NCBI RefSeq assembly: GCF_009914755.1
Contig: NC_060935.1
DNA: 64,000 nucleotides
Source of the DNA: the human T2T-CHM13v2.0 reference genome, Homo sapiens
Strand: one strand, 5' to 3'
The notes under the pieces: model-generated
What the model saw: only the letters and a program-made list of their open reading frames with translations
The model's database searches: none
Told to the model about the DNA's origin: nothing
Translations under genes and position numbers: made by a program
Part shown: positions 36,557 through 54,327 of the stretch, in pieces
Layout of the letters: each line of letters opens with the position of its first letter
Numbering within the stretch: position 1 is the first letter of the stretch

Positions 36557-37371
36557 TGTGGGAGGCAGAATAAAGGTCTCCCAAGATGTTCACATCCTAA
36601 TCTCAGGAACCTGTGAACATATAACCTTGTGTGGCAAAATGAACTTTGTAGATATAATTAAGGTTATAGACCTTAAAATAGGTAGATTAGCCTAGCTTAT
36701 CCAAGTGTGTCCAATCTAATCACCAAAGTTCTTAAAAGCAGAGAACTTTCTCTGGCTGGAGTCAGACAGATGCAACAAAAGAGAAAAGCAGAAGAGATGT
36801 GGCTGGAAGGGAAGTCAGAAGAGACCTGAGGTGAAAGAAGGACTCCAGGCTGGGTGCAATGGTTCATGCCTGCCTGGAATCCCAGCACTTTGGGAGGCTG
36901 AGGTGGGAGGATGGCTTGGGGCCAGGAGTTTGAGACCAGCCTGGGCAATATAGCAAGGCCCCATCTCTACAAAAAAATAAAAATAAAAATAATTAGAAGG
37001 ACTCCAGTGCTGTTGCTGGTTGAAAGATGGAGGAGGCAAGTTGACAAGGGATGCAGGTGGTTTTAAGAAGCTGATAGAAGCTCCTGGCTGACAGCCAGAA
37101 ACAAAATGGGAACCTCATTTCTTCAACTGCAAGAAACTGAATGCAGCCAATAACCAGAATGAGCTTGGAAGCAGATTTATCCCTAGAATCTCCAGAAGAA
37201 TGCAGTCCCACCAACACATTAATTTGAGCCTTTATGAGACTCTAAACAGGAGCCAGCTGAGACATGCTGTACCTGGACTTCTTACCTCCAGAACTATGGC
37301 ATAATAAATGGCTATTGTTTTAAGGCACTAAGTCTGGTATTTTATTCCGGCTGCAATAGAAAATGAATACA
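36557..37371 (+). mobile_element. MLT1D-like MaLR LTR with inserted Alu monomer (~36848-36993)
   Basis: TGTGGGAGGCAGAATAA...AATAGAAAATGAATACA termini; Alu TSD AGAAGGACTCCAG. Confidence 0.8.
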
Positions 37372-37549
37372 CCATGCTACAATTATTTGACCTTATTACA
37401 TTCCAAGACATTGACCCACGACTTTATCACTATTGAACAGCCCCCTCATGTCTTTCCTGTCTTCCTTTTCCAATTTAGATTCTGTAGCCTGCCATTTTAA
37501 TCACCTCACATAAGCATCCTCAGCTCTCTTGTTCTTCTCTCCCTTTATT

Positions 37550-37737
37550 ACTGTGCTGCTCAGACTTGGCACGCCATCAGAATCGCCTGGAGAGCTTGTT
37601 GAAGCACATTCTACTGGGCCTCGCCTCCGCAGTTACTGATGCAGGAGTTTTGGGTGGGGTCTGAGAATGTGCATTTTTCACCAGTTTTCAATGATTCTGA
37701 TACTGCTGGTCCAGGGACCACACATTGAGAACCACTG
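37550..37737. mobile_element. MER5A-like DNA transposon
   Basis: CATCAGAATCGCCTGGAGAGCTTGTT...CCACACATTGAGAACCACTG. Confidence 0.75.
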
Positions 37738-39255
37738 CTTTGCTACAATCACCCTGATCGCACCTGACAGTCTTCTTCGCACCGGTAACCAAGGAGTCTG
37801 GTGTTGCTCAAGAAAAAAAATCACCAAATCGAGCCTACTGCTTTCATTTAAATTCATGTTAGAGCCCCTAAATAACCCTTAATAACTGCCAAGCTGCCTG
37901 TCCTTTTCCATTTCCCTAATAAAGTTCCTTTGTGTTTCTTATACATTGTCTGTCCTCTCTTCTGAAACCTCCCATGTACTTCCACTCCTCAGTTTCAGCA
38001 GATAATATTACCTCCCACACTTCAGTGAGGAACCAGAGGCCAGAAGATGGGAACTCCCTCATCTTCCCTCCCACGAGGCTGCAACCCTGCCTGAGACTGT
38101 TCCTTCTTCCCTCTTGTTACAGTGGAAGGACAGATCTCTGCCCACTATCGGCCACTCTCTCCTCCTGTCCCTGCACCCTATTGCTCTCACCTCTCCAAGA
38201 ACCCTGCTTCTTTAATTACCTCCTCTTTCCTATGATATTAGCATATGTGTCCATCGGAATTACTTGCTGGATCCCCATCTTCAGCACCTTCTTGGCCCCA
38301 TGTCCTCTTCCAGCCACCATCCAATTTCTTTGCCCCCATTCACAGCAAACATTATTGAAAAAGTTGTTGGCTCACTGTGTGTCTATCTCCTCCCTTCCCA
38401 TTCACTCTTTTGAAAGATGTATGGAATGTGTAGTCATTGAATCAATATTACACTGGATACTTGATATATGTTGACTGTCATCCTGTGATCCCCCCTTTCA
38501 TGAAGTTTGTGGACAAAATCCCTAAATACGGCATTTACAGCTAGTGACAAGTGCCGTATAGAAAACAGAGGGATGTGATGGCTTTCATGACCCATACGGG
38601 CATTCAAGAAATACATATTGAGCAGCCACTATGCACCAGGAACAGTTTATATTCTAGTAGGAAATATATAGAAAAAAAAACAACAGCAATAAAAATTAAA
38701 ACATGTATGTTAGTGATATGTGCTATGAAACAAAGAAAGCAGAGTGAGTTAGGAGTGTAGGCAGAGGGATAATGATCCTTAATTAGCATGGTGAGGTAAG
38801 GCTTCATTGAGAAGGTGCTTTTAAGTGAGGACCCAAGGGAGAAGGAATTAGCTGTGCAGCTATCTGCGGGGAGAACATTCATTCCCAGCAGAGAAAATGG
38901 CAGAAAATGGCAGGGCAGAAGCGTGCCTGCTGTTTGGAATAACTGCGAGAAACTGGCAGCAATAGAAAATGAATCACCGTGCTACAATTATTTGACCTTA
39001 TTACATTTCAAGACATTGACCCACGACTTTATCACTATTGAACAGCCCCCTCATGCCTTTCCTGTCCTCCTTTTCCTCATGCTTTTCCTGTCCTCCATGA
39101 TTTCCGGGCGGAAGCGTGCCTGGCTGGTTGGAAAAACTGCAAGAAACTGCAAGGAATGAGAAGGAGGCCAGTCTGCCTGGAGCTCTGTGAGCAGAAAGAA
39201 GGAGTCAGGCTAGGGGATGAACCCTGCATCACAAAGGGGCCGAGTTGTTGGGGGC

Positions 39256-39427
39256 AGAGGTCAGCAAGCTTTTCTGTAAAGTGCTAGATAGTAAGTATTT
39301 TTAGCTTTGCAAGCCACATGTGGTCTGTGTCGCATATTCTTTCTCTTTTTGAAAAAAGTGTGAAAGCCCTCTCTTCCCTCTTGCCATACAAGGATTTTGC
39401 TGGCCGGCCTTAGTTTGCCACCCCCTG
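39256..39427. mobile_element. MER58A-like DNA transposon
   Basis: CAGAGGTCAGCAAGCTTTTCTGTAAAG...TAGTTTGCCACCCCCTG terminal inverted repeats. Confidence 0.7.
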
Positions 39428-39532
39428 GGACCTTGTAGGCTGTTGTAAAGATTTTAGCATTTACTCGGAGTCACATGAGAAGCACTAGAGGATTCTGAGC
39501 ACAGGAGTAATAGGTCCTCTCTTACATTTTGA

Positions 39533-40055
<523 letters not shown>

Positions 40056-41492
40056 TTAAGAATCTTTTAGTTTTTATATGCGGAATCTTTTTTTTCCTAC
40101 CCCCAACACTCTTGAATGGTAATTTGGCTGGGTGTAAATTTCTTCCATTTATAGGGCATTTTCTTCAATTCTGGGGGAAAAAACTCAGTAGTTTTCTCAT
40201 CAAATATTGCTTTTTCCATCTAATTATCTTTCTCTGGAACACTTATTATTTTATAAATATTTGAATCTTGTAATCTGTTCTCCATGTTTTTAGTTGCTGT
40301 TTTTTGTTTATCTTGTGCTATATTCTGAATGAGTCCTCAGTTTTGTCTTCCAATTCCCTAATTTACTGTTTGAGTGTGTTCAATCTAGAGTTTCTCCCAC
40401 TTATGACCTTTAAAATTTCAATTAGTGTATTTTTTTTATTTCAAGGATTTCCAGTTGGTTCTCTCTCATACTGTTTCATTTCTGCCTATTTTTGCTGAAT
40501 AATTTCATTTTGAAATGAAAGTTATGCATTCATCTCTGAACATTTTTAAAATCCAAAGGAAATTTGAGAAAATTTCTGGTCTGATTGTTAATTTCAAAGG
40601 CTATCTTTCTGTTTTGTAATTATGGTTGAAAGGTCTTTTAGCGTGAGAAAGTATTCATTTTTGTTTGATTTCTCTCTCTCTTACTCTCCCCTCATTCCTT
40701 TCCAGGAGGGCTCCAGCTGGCCCTCTGGGCCTCAAACTAGAGTCAAAGCTTAGGATTATGATTTTTCTATCCCTAGATATTAGGGATGTGGCATATTAGG
40801 GATAACTAATATCCCTAGATATTAGTTATGGGTCCAGCAGACAGCTTGACAATTTCTGGTAATGAGGTGTTCTCTTTGCTCCTCATCTCTCTAGTCTCTA
40901 ATAAAGTCTCAGTCCATAGGTTAACTGCTATTATCTTCATCTTCTTTTCACAAGCGATGGAGCTCACTTCAGCCTCTGGTATCAAGCTGGAAGCCTCCGT
41001 CTCCCACCTTGTGGGGAGTGCTTTAGCCCCCTACTCCCCTGCTAAACCCCCATCCAGCTGCTAGTGTCCAACTTCCAGACTTAGAGCCCCACAAGCTTGA
41101 GACTTCAGCCTAAGGAAATACTTAGCTTAACGTGTTTCCATTCTATTTCTGGTTCATGGAGATACATAAGATATATATATATCTTGGATTACATATCATG
41201 GAGATATATAAGAGTGCAACTGTGTCTTTTCGGAAAAAATCATTTTTATATTTTAAATATCATGCCTGGGTGTTTGAAGCAAAGGGGGTTTTGGAGACAA
41301 GCTCACTTCCTTGTGTTGACTTCAACCACCTCATACTTGGTTTCTGTCCCCTACCCCCCTACAGAAACCACCACGGTTAAGGTCACTGGTGATCTTTAGG
41401 ATGCCAGATCCAATGGACGTTTCTTTGTCTTAATCTTACTTGGTGTATTGTCAGCTTTTGATATAACTGACCACACTGTTCTTAAAACGTCA

Positions 41493-41711
<219 letters not shown>

Positions 41712-42041
41712 TTAAAAATAAAAAATTAAAAAACTGAAAAACTAATATGGAAATTCTACACCTCTATCTATACCCTTCCCTTGACGAGATCCTCAATCCC
41801 ATAGTTTTAAATACTGTTTATATTCTGATAACTCCCAAATTTTTATCTCCAGATTAAATATCCTATCTGAGTTCCAGACTCAGTCTACATACAAACTTCA
41901 CAATTCCAGTTGCATGTTTAATAAATATCTTAAACTTAACATGTTCAAAATAAAACTCTTGATTTCTTCCTCCAAACTTCCTCCTCTTTCAGTCTTTCCC
42001 AACACATGGTAATATCATTTATAAATTGGGAGCCATTATTA

Positions 42042-43905
<1,864 letters not shown>

Positions 43906-44269
43906 TAACTGTTGGTATTTTTCTTTTCTTTTTCTGTTTGTTGTTGCTTTCTGTTGTTGTTTGTTTGTTTTGTTTTTTCTTTTTGAGACTGAGTCTTGCT
44001 CTGTCACCCAGGCTGGAGTGCAGTGGCGCAATCTTGGCTCACTGCAACCTCTGCCTCCTGGGTTCAAGAGATTCTCCTGCCTCAGACACCTGAGTAGCTG
44101 GGAGTACAGGTGCCTGCCACCACAACAGCTAATTTTTGTATTTTTAGTAGAGACGGGTTTTCACCATGTTGGCCAGGCTGGTCACAAAATTCTGACCTCA
44201 AATGGTCTGCTTGCCTTGGCCTCCAAAAGTGCTGGGATTACAGGCGTGAGCCACTGTCCCTGGGCCGGT

Positions 44270-45500
44270 ATTTTTCTACTGATTTGCAAGAGCACTTTGC
44301 ATATCAAAAAAAAATGAGCTCTTTATCTATTACATGATTTGCAAATCATTTCCCCAATTATTAAACTTTGTCTTATAGGTTTAAAGCATTTTACTTTTAT
44401 TTAAATTTTTAAATTAAAAAAAAATAGAGATGGGGTCTTGCTATGTTGCCCTGGTTGGTCTCCAACTCCTGGGCTCAAGCAATCCTCTTATTTTGGTCTC
44501 CCAAAGTGCTGGGATTACAGGCATGAGCCACCGTGCCCAGCCTATAGTTTTTTTAATTGCCATGTAGAAATGCTTTTATTTTCATGTAATTGAATGTATC
44601 AAATTTTAAAAATATCTTCTGAGTTTTGTGTTGTGCTTAGAAGAAACTACTCTGAAACTCTAAAATTATTTAAAAAATTTTTTTCCATGTTTTCTTTTAG
44701 CATTTTTATGGGCCATTTTTTTCACTAAATTTTTTGCTAAATTATAGAAGTAACTTAATATAAGATATGGATTAGAATAAGTTGGATTGAAATCCAACTT
44801 TATTATGTTTCAGATCACTACTCAGTTATCCAAAATTACTTATTGAATAATCAATCATATCCTGTTTTGAAATGCCACCATTAGCACATATTAAATTCCT
44901 GTATATACTTGAGTTTTTTCTAGACTTTTTATTCTGTTCACTGATACATTTATTAATGCACAAATACTCTCTTTTTAAAATAATTATAGCTCTATATTTT
45001 GCTATTTGGTAGGGCTTGTTTCTCCTTTTTTTCTTTTTTTTCTTCTTCATCGGAAATTTTCTGGCTATTTCTGCTTGTTTATTTCTTTCATATGAACTTT
45101 AAAATCAGCTTATCTGCCTCAAAAAATTTATTGGTGTTTTTAATAGGATGATGTTTAATTGATGGACTAAATTGGCCAGATTGATCAGTCTTTATGAAGT
45201 GTGTATTCCTATCAAGAACATGGTGTGCCTTTCTAATTATTCAGTTACTCTTTCGTGTCCTCCAGTAGAGATGGAAAGTTTTCTTTTTTGCACATTTTTG
45301 CTATGTTTATACTCAGGTATTTTATTGTCTTTGTTGCTATTGTAAACGGTGTTTGCTTCCATTTTATCTTTCAGCTGCTTATTTTTGATATATTTGGAGA
45401 CTAATAATTTCCCTGTAGTTATTTTTATTCAAGTTTCTCATCTATTTTTCTTATTATTTATAATAACTATTTATTTGATTATTTTGGGTTTTCCAGATCT
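44270..45500 (-). mobile_element. Old L1M fragments
   Basis: Degenerate T-rich antisense L1 ORF2/3' sequence (e.g. TTCATATGAACTTTAAAATCAGCTT). Boundaries are approximate. Confidence 0.6.
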
Positions 45501-46311
45501 ATCTTATTTTTAACCAGCCACTTTGAGTTGGTCTTCTTTTTTTAAGAAGCCAATACTTACTTAGACTTATCCGTATGAATACCTATTTGTGCTATTACTT
45601 CAGGTATTTGGGGTTCAATTTTCTTTGTGCTGACAAATATTTTTAATCATTATTTCAGGAAGAAACTGGGTGGTTTGTATGTTGGAAATTATCTGTATTT
45701 GCCTCTCCTTCTTTAATGCTAGTTTAGCTGGGTAGAATTTCAGTTTGACAATTATTTTCCATCAGTAATTTAAAAGCTATTTCTTTGTCTTTGGGCATCT
45801 ATTGTTGAAGAGTAGCTTGCAGTGGTTTGTTATTCTTCTGTAAGTAGTCTGTCTTTTTCTACTGGTTATTTTTATGATATTAGGTTCTTATATTTGATGT
45901 TTTCCAAAGCTATCACACTGGCTGGACATGACTTTATTCGTATTTTGCTCAGTATCTATGGCCTGCACCTGCTAGATTATGTGGGTTCATGTCCCATTGG
46001 TGTAGAAACAGACTTGAGGTTCCTGTTTTTCATAGCTGATTCTTTTCCTCCCTGTGGTCTAGGCCAATGGCAAGCTTTCTTGTTCCTTCCCCAAATTGGT
46101 AAGTAGAGTTTTTCTTTTCTCCTGTGGGGAGCAAATAAAATCTTTATTCCAACTTCAGATCTCGTCAGGGCTCAAGGCCTCATTTCCTGCTGCCATGCCA
46201 AGACCTATTCTGTCTTAGCTTCAGATTCTCTTTACTGTGGTAGCTTTGGGTTCCCTTTTGATTTGTGGCACCTGGGAATGTCTCTTTCTTACTTTCAATC
46301 TCAGATATATC

Positions 46312-47340
46312 TTTAGGGATTTTATCGTGAAGGGATGTTGAATTTTATCAAATGTTTTTTCAGTATTGCTTGAAATGATCATATGGTTCTAATCCTTCAT
46401 TCTGTTGATATGATGTATCACATTGATTGATTTGCACATGTTGAACCATCTTTGCATCCCATGGATAAATCCCACTTGGTCATGATGAATGATCTTTCTA
46501 ATCTATTGCTGAATTCAGTTTGCTATGATTTTGTTGAGGATTTTTGCATTAATATTCATCAGAGATATTGGCCTGTAATTTTCTTTTTTTAATGTGCCTT
46601 TGTCTGGCTTTGGTATCAGGGTGATACTGGCATTGTAGAATGAGTTTGACAGTATTCTCTTCTCCTCTATTTTTTCGGAATAGTTTGAGTAGGATTGGTA
46701 TTATTTCTTTAAATGTTTGGTAGAATTCAGCAGTGATGCCATTGGGTCCCAGGCTGTCTTTTACTGGAAGATTTTTCATTACTGCTTTGATCTTGTTACT
46801 CGTTATTGTTCTGTTCAGGGTTTGGATTTCTTCCTGGTTTAATCTTGGTAGGTTGTATGTGTCTAGGAATTTTTCCATTTCTTCTAGATTTTCCAATTTA
46901 CTGGCATATAGTTGTTCATAGTAGCCACCAATGATCCTCCGAATTTCTGCAGTATCAATTGTAATGTCTCCTTTTTCATTGCTGATTCTATTTATTTGGA
47001 TCTTCTCTCTCTCCCTTTCTCTGTTTTATTTTGAGATAGTGTCTCGCTTGGTTGCCCAGCTGGAGTGCAGTGGTGCAATCTCGGCTCACTGCAGCCTCAG
47101 TCTCCTGGGCCCAATCAATTCTCCTACATCAGCCTCTGGTTAGCTGGGATTACAGGTATGTGCCACGACTCCCAGCTAATTTTTTATTTTTTTGTAGAGA
47201 CGAGGTTTCACCATTTTGCCCAGGCTGGTCTCGAACTCCTGGCTCAAGTAATCCGCGCACCTTAGCTTCCCAAAGTGTTGGGCTTACAGGCACGAGCCAC
47301 TGCACCTGGGCCTTCTCTCTTTTTTTCTTAGTTTGGCTAT
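46312..47340 (-). mobile_element. L1 ORF2 internal fragment (L1P/L1MA-like), interrupted by an Alu
   Basis: ORF 46549-46896 gives [43 protein letters not shown], classic L1 ORF2p. Confidence 0.9.
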
Positions 47341-47556
47341 CATATATGTCTCTAAAAATTACTCAGCATTTCTATTTGTGTGAGAGATGATTCCTGCCTC
47401 AGTTCAGTCAGCTTGTCTGATTTTGAGACACTATTTTGGGCTGGGAGTGGTAGCTCATGTCTGTAATCCCAGCACTTTGGGAGGCCAAGGCGGGTAGATT
47501 GCTTGAGCCCAGGAGTTCAAGGCTAGCCTGGGCAACATGGCAAAACCCTGTCTCTA

Positions 47557-47676
<120 letters not shown>

Positions 47677-48116
47677 TCACTGTACTCTAGCCTGGGTGAC
47701 AGAGCAAGACCCTGTGTTAAAAAAAGAAAAGAAAAAGAAAAGAAGACACTATTTTGGAACTAAAAGCCAAGAATTTGACTTTTTTTCCTGAGTGGGTTCT
47801 TTCGAATTCTCTTTACTGGGTCAATAGCCTCATCCCCAAGATATAGGGCAACTAAGCTAGCCAAAATTGAGTATCAGTCACTTGCAGCCAATCTTTAATA
47901 CAGTGGGGTCTGAGAATTTCTGGCCTTCAGGATAAAGTTCAAGTCCTCCAAACTTTCTGCCCCAAGTATGTTTCTAACTCAGTTTCCTACTTTCCTCTCT
48001 TATCTACCCAATGCTTTAGAGAAACCAAACGTGCTTGTTATTTTCTGTGTACCTCTGAGCTTTCTCATATCCATGTCCTTGCATATAATGTGCTCTTTTC
48101 TGTTTGTTTGTTTTGA

Positions 48117-48377
<261 letters not shown>

Positions 48378-50406
48378 TGAGCCACCACACCTGGCCCTAT
48401 GTCTTTGCGTATGATGCGCTCTTTACCCAGGTACTTTTTTTTCCCCAGGTGACTGGGTCTCGTTCTGTCACCCAGTCAGGAGTGCAGTGGCATGATCCTA
48501 ACTCACTGCAGCCTCAAACTCCTGGGCTCACACAATCCTCCTGCCACAGCCTCCCAAGTAACTAACCATACACTTTTGGCATTACTGCAGGCCAAATCCA
48601 ACACGTCTTTCAAAGTCCAGCTCAATGGGTGCTGCTATGAAGCCTGACTAATCTTCTCAGCTTAAAGTTTTGTGTGCTTCCTCTGTATTTCTGCGATTGA
48701 AGAAGTCCACTGCAGTGTAAAGGACTCAAGCTGTGAATTGATATCAGGACTTAGGGGCTCAGGACCTGGCTCTGTTACTCCTTAGCTGCCTCTTTTTACC
48801 TATCTCAGCTTCAGTTATTATCTAAAACAGATGGAAATATTTCCCTCACAGAATTAAAGTCACTTTTATGACCATTTTGGTTTTGAGTGAAGGAAAATCC
48901 ATCCTGAAGAGGGCATAGATTGGTTTATATAGGTGAAAAGTCCAGGGGTAGAGATGGCTTCAGGCATGGGGTGGACTCAAAGCTCAAATGCTATCAGCAG
49001 GAGTCTGACTATCTTCTCTAAGAGCTGCCTTTTGCTCTGTCACCTTTATGCCCAGGTTCAAAGAGTAGCCTGATGGCTGGCAGCACTCTTAGAACCCAAT
49101 CTTTCTGCTTCAAGTCCAGCTGACTAGCTTGAGAACATCTTTCTCAAGTCACAACAAAGTTATCACGGACTCTCATTGGGTCATGTGCCCATCCCTGAGG
49201 TGGTCACTATGGCCAGGAGAATTTGATGCTTGGATTGCCTAGGGCCCAGGGGACTTGTTCTACCTCAGACCCTGGGGTGCATCCCTGGCAGCAACACATG
49301 GGATGAGTGTGGGTGGGTGGAGTTTCTGCAATGAGAAGTTAGGGTGCATTTCCAGCATGGTGAAAGGATGCTAGATGAGAATAACTGCAGAGCTCCACCA
49401 TAGTTGTGCTGGGGATCAAGTGAGACAATATGAGGAAACTGACTTCGAAAGTCCTGATCAGGCTAGGCGTGGTTATACCAGCACTTTGGGAGGTCAAGGC
49501 AGGGAGATTGCTTGAGGCCAGGAGTTCGAGACCAGCCTGGGCAACGTGTCAAGACCCTGTCTCTACCAAAAAACAAAACAAAACAAAAACCAAATTAGCC
49601 AGGTGTGGTGACATGTGCCTATAGTCCTAGCTACTCAGGAGGCTGAGGTGGGAGGATTGCTTGAGCCCAGGAGTTCGAGGTTGTAGTGAGCTATGGTGGT
49701 GCCATTGCACTCCAGCATGGTGACAGAGAGAGACCCTATCTCAAAAAAACAAAAAAGAAGTCCTGTTCAAACATAAATGATTATTATTATTTGGTTATGT
49801 TTCTCTGTGGCACTTAGCACTTTTTTCCTTCTAGCCAGAGTTACCCACTTCATAGTTTAATCTTCCCTACTCCACCCTGAGCAGCTGGAGAGCACGGTCT
49901 GTGTTCTAGTAATCTCTAGAGGATTCCACCATTTCAACTCAGCACCCAGAAAATATAAGGTACCCAATAGATGATTGTGGAATAACTTGATTAGTCTGAA
50001 ATCCAAAGCATTGCGCCCAGAGTTCTGTTAATCCCTAGGCCAAAATCTCAAAAGGCTTTCAAGAACTTGAACCTTTCCCTGGAATCATAGCTAAATAAGC
50101 TCTGGCCTTTTTCATAGTGGGTGGGGTGAGATAAATAATTTCAGGAAGATGTGTCCTTGCATTGATTTGTTCACCTGGCCAACCAAAGGCCATCCAGAGA
50201 AAGAAAAGTCTTGGTTTGTTTATTTTCTGTTTATTTATTAAATTTCTGGTTTATTTTGCTCTTACTGCCCTCGTTAAATGGTGTGGGCTTCAGGAAAGTG
50301 CAGACTGAATGAAGTAACTTCCCGAAGGCGCTGACCTGCAGGGCAGGTTTGGGGCTCCCTCCTGGTCCAGGAGGCCTAAGCGTCCAGGAAGTTTTGAGTT
50401 TAATGA

Positions 50407-50946
<540 letters not shown>

Positions 50947-51689
50947 TAGCTGGAGCTACTTTTTGGCTGATTTTGCAATGGAGACATTAATTCTTTTCAG
51001 CCACAAGCATTAAGTAGAAAAGGTAATGTGGCTTAACTTATAATATACTGACCCACTAGTTTTCAACCTGCCTCATCTTATGTTGCAGCAATGATGCTAT
51101 TCTAGGAACTTGGGCCTTACCAGGGCAGAAACAACAGGGCCATGCTTTACAGAAGGAAAGTTCCATGATTGCAGGTATCTGAGGAAGTTCATACGCACAT
51201 AATTAAATTATAGTCTTTGTTAGAAACAGGGTTTCAGCTCTCGTAGACCAAAGACAATTGCTGATGGGTAGGAAGTGGGAATGAGAACAGTCCAAGGACA
51301 TTGTTGGCAGGCCAAGGGTCACCAAAGGAAACTCTGAGCTGGGCGGGTCAGCAGCACTCGGCCAGCGCTTGGCAGGCTCTGCAGCATGAGCTGGGTGTTG
51401 CTTAAAAGGAACTCCCTGTACCACATCTTCCCTTCCTGGATGGTCCAAGTCACTCCCAACTCACTTCTGGAAAGATGTCCCTTGACTTCCAGGTTCTGAC
51501 CTTGCTTCCCCTTGGTGCCTCTGTCTCTTCCCCAGCTGGCATCTTATCTCGCTTCCTGACCCTAGCTTCCTGTCTGGGCCTCAACAGTGCTCTGAGAACT
51601 TCTTCTTTGGGTAATGCTCCCCCTGCCTAACTGCCTTTTTGTCTCTCTTCCCGACATGCAATCACAGGTGCTCTTCCCAGGGACCTTAG

Positions 51690-52007
<318 letters not shown>

Positions 52008-52428
52008 TAGTATTATAGGCATGAACCACCACGCCCATCCTGAAGCCAAACAGATGTGTGTCCTAATTCTGGCTCTTCCATTTGTTAACAGGGTGAACTT
52101 GAGCAAATTATTCCATTTCTTCAACTGTAAAATGGGGATAATTTCTCTTACTGGGTTTCTGTGGGGGCTTGATGAGATAAGGGATGTAAGACACTGAGCA
52201 GGTTGATCCTTTGTAAATGGTGGCTCTTACTAAAAGTGAAGACAGGCAGGAGCACACACATTGCATAAATACCACCTTCCCGCCTTACCAGTGATAACAT
52301 CTGACCAAGATACCAGGCATTTACCCTATGCAGAAAAGTCCTGCGTAGATGGAGCTGCCACTTCCTCATTTGTAGTCTGCTCTAATATTTCACAATCTGT
52401 GTAGTTAGGAAATAGTTCTTAATATCTA

Positions 52429-52854
<426 letters not shown>

Positions 52855-53763
52855 CTATGAGTTAGGCATTCACTTGCCTTGGGTTTACTCTTATTTTCAA
52901 GAAACCAGTAAATATTTGTTGTGTGGCCACTGCAGGCAGGGACTGTGCTACGCTGTGCTGGGGAGCTCCAAAGAGGTGTGACAAGACTCCAGCTCTAGGA
53001 ATCTCGATCCTTCTCTCTTTAGTTTTCAATTGCAGGTGAATGACTGTGTCTATAAACACAGCAAAGGAGTTTAGTGGGACTGATCACCTTGGCAGCAAAT
53101 CATTGATTGGATGTACAGCTTGGCTCTGGCAAGGATTGAAATGAAAATTGTGGGTCAATCGTCAACATTTAAGCAGATGCCACTAAGTGGCCCCAGGCAA
53201 CAGGTTATTTCATTCAGCTACTCAGGTGCATTTTGCAACTAATCCTTCTTAGTGGGCTGTTAGAATGAACCACATCTTTTCAGCTATGTGGCCCAGAATC
53301 CAAGTGTCTAAGAAGCTTCTGTTGAGGGAAATGTTTGCCCTGCCTGAAAGCAAGGGCAGACCTCTCAACTTCACACATGTCCACTCTGACCCTGTTGTAA
53401 GTCTATGGGCTGAGAGGGTACCCTGTGGACCACAGACAGCCTATAGATGTCTTTTGTTTAGTCCAATGGTGTTTTACTTTTGCTTTTTAAGTTGAATTGT
53501 TTGCCAAAATCTAAAAACTGATAGATTCACATGATCCAGGTTTCTGGCTTTTCTTGAAAAATGGAAGCTCTGGAGATACTGAAGCTCCATTTCCTCATAG
53601 TAACATCACCTGGATCGGAGTGAAGATGCTGTCTTTAGGTGGGGCCACCATTTCCTACTGCCTCACTCTGGTCAGTTTCATCCATCTATGGAACTTGCCT
53701 GGGCTCTGAAGCCATTTGAATTTTGGACTGTTGGCCTATGAAGTCCCCTTTGGTCATTGATAG

Positions 53764-54327
<564 letters not shown>

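Noticed and set aside
41154-41212. 18-bp palindrome AAGATATATATATATCTT between short direct repeats
   Set aside because: Symmetry is mostly due to an (AT)n microsatellite.
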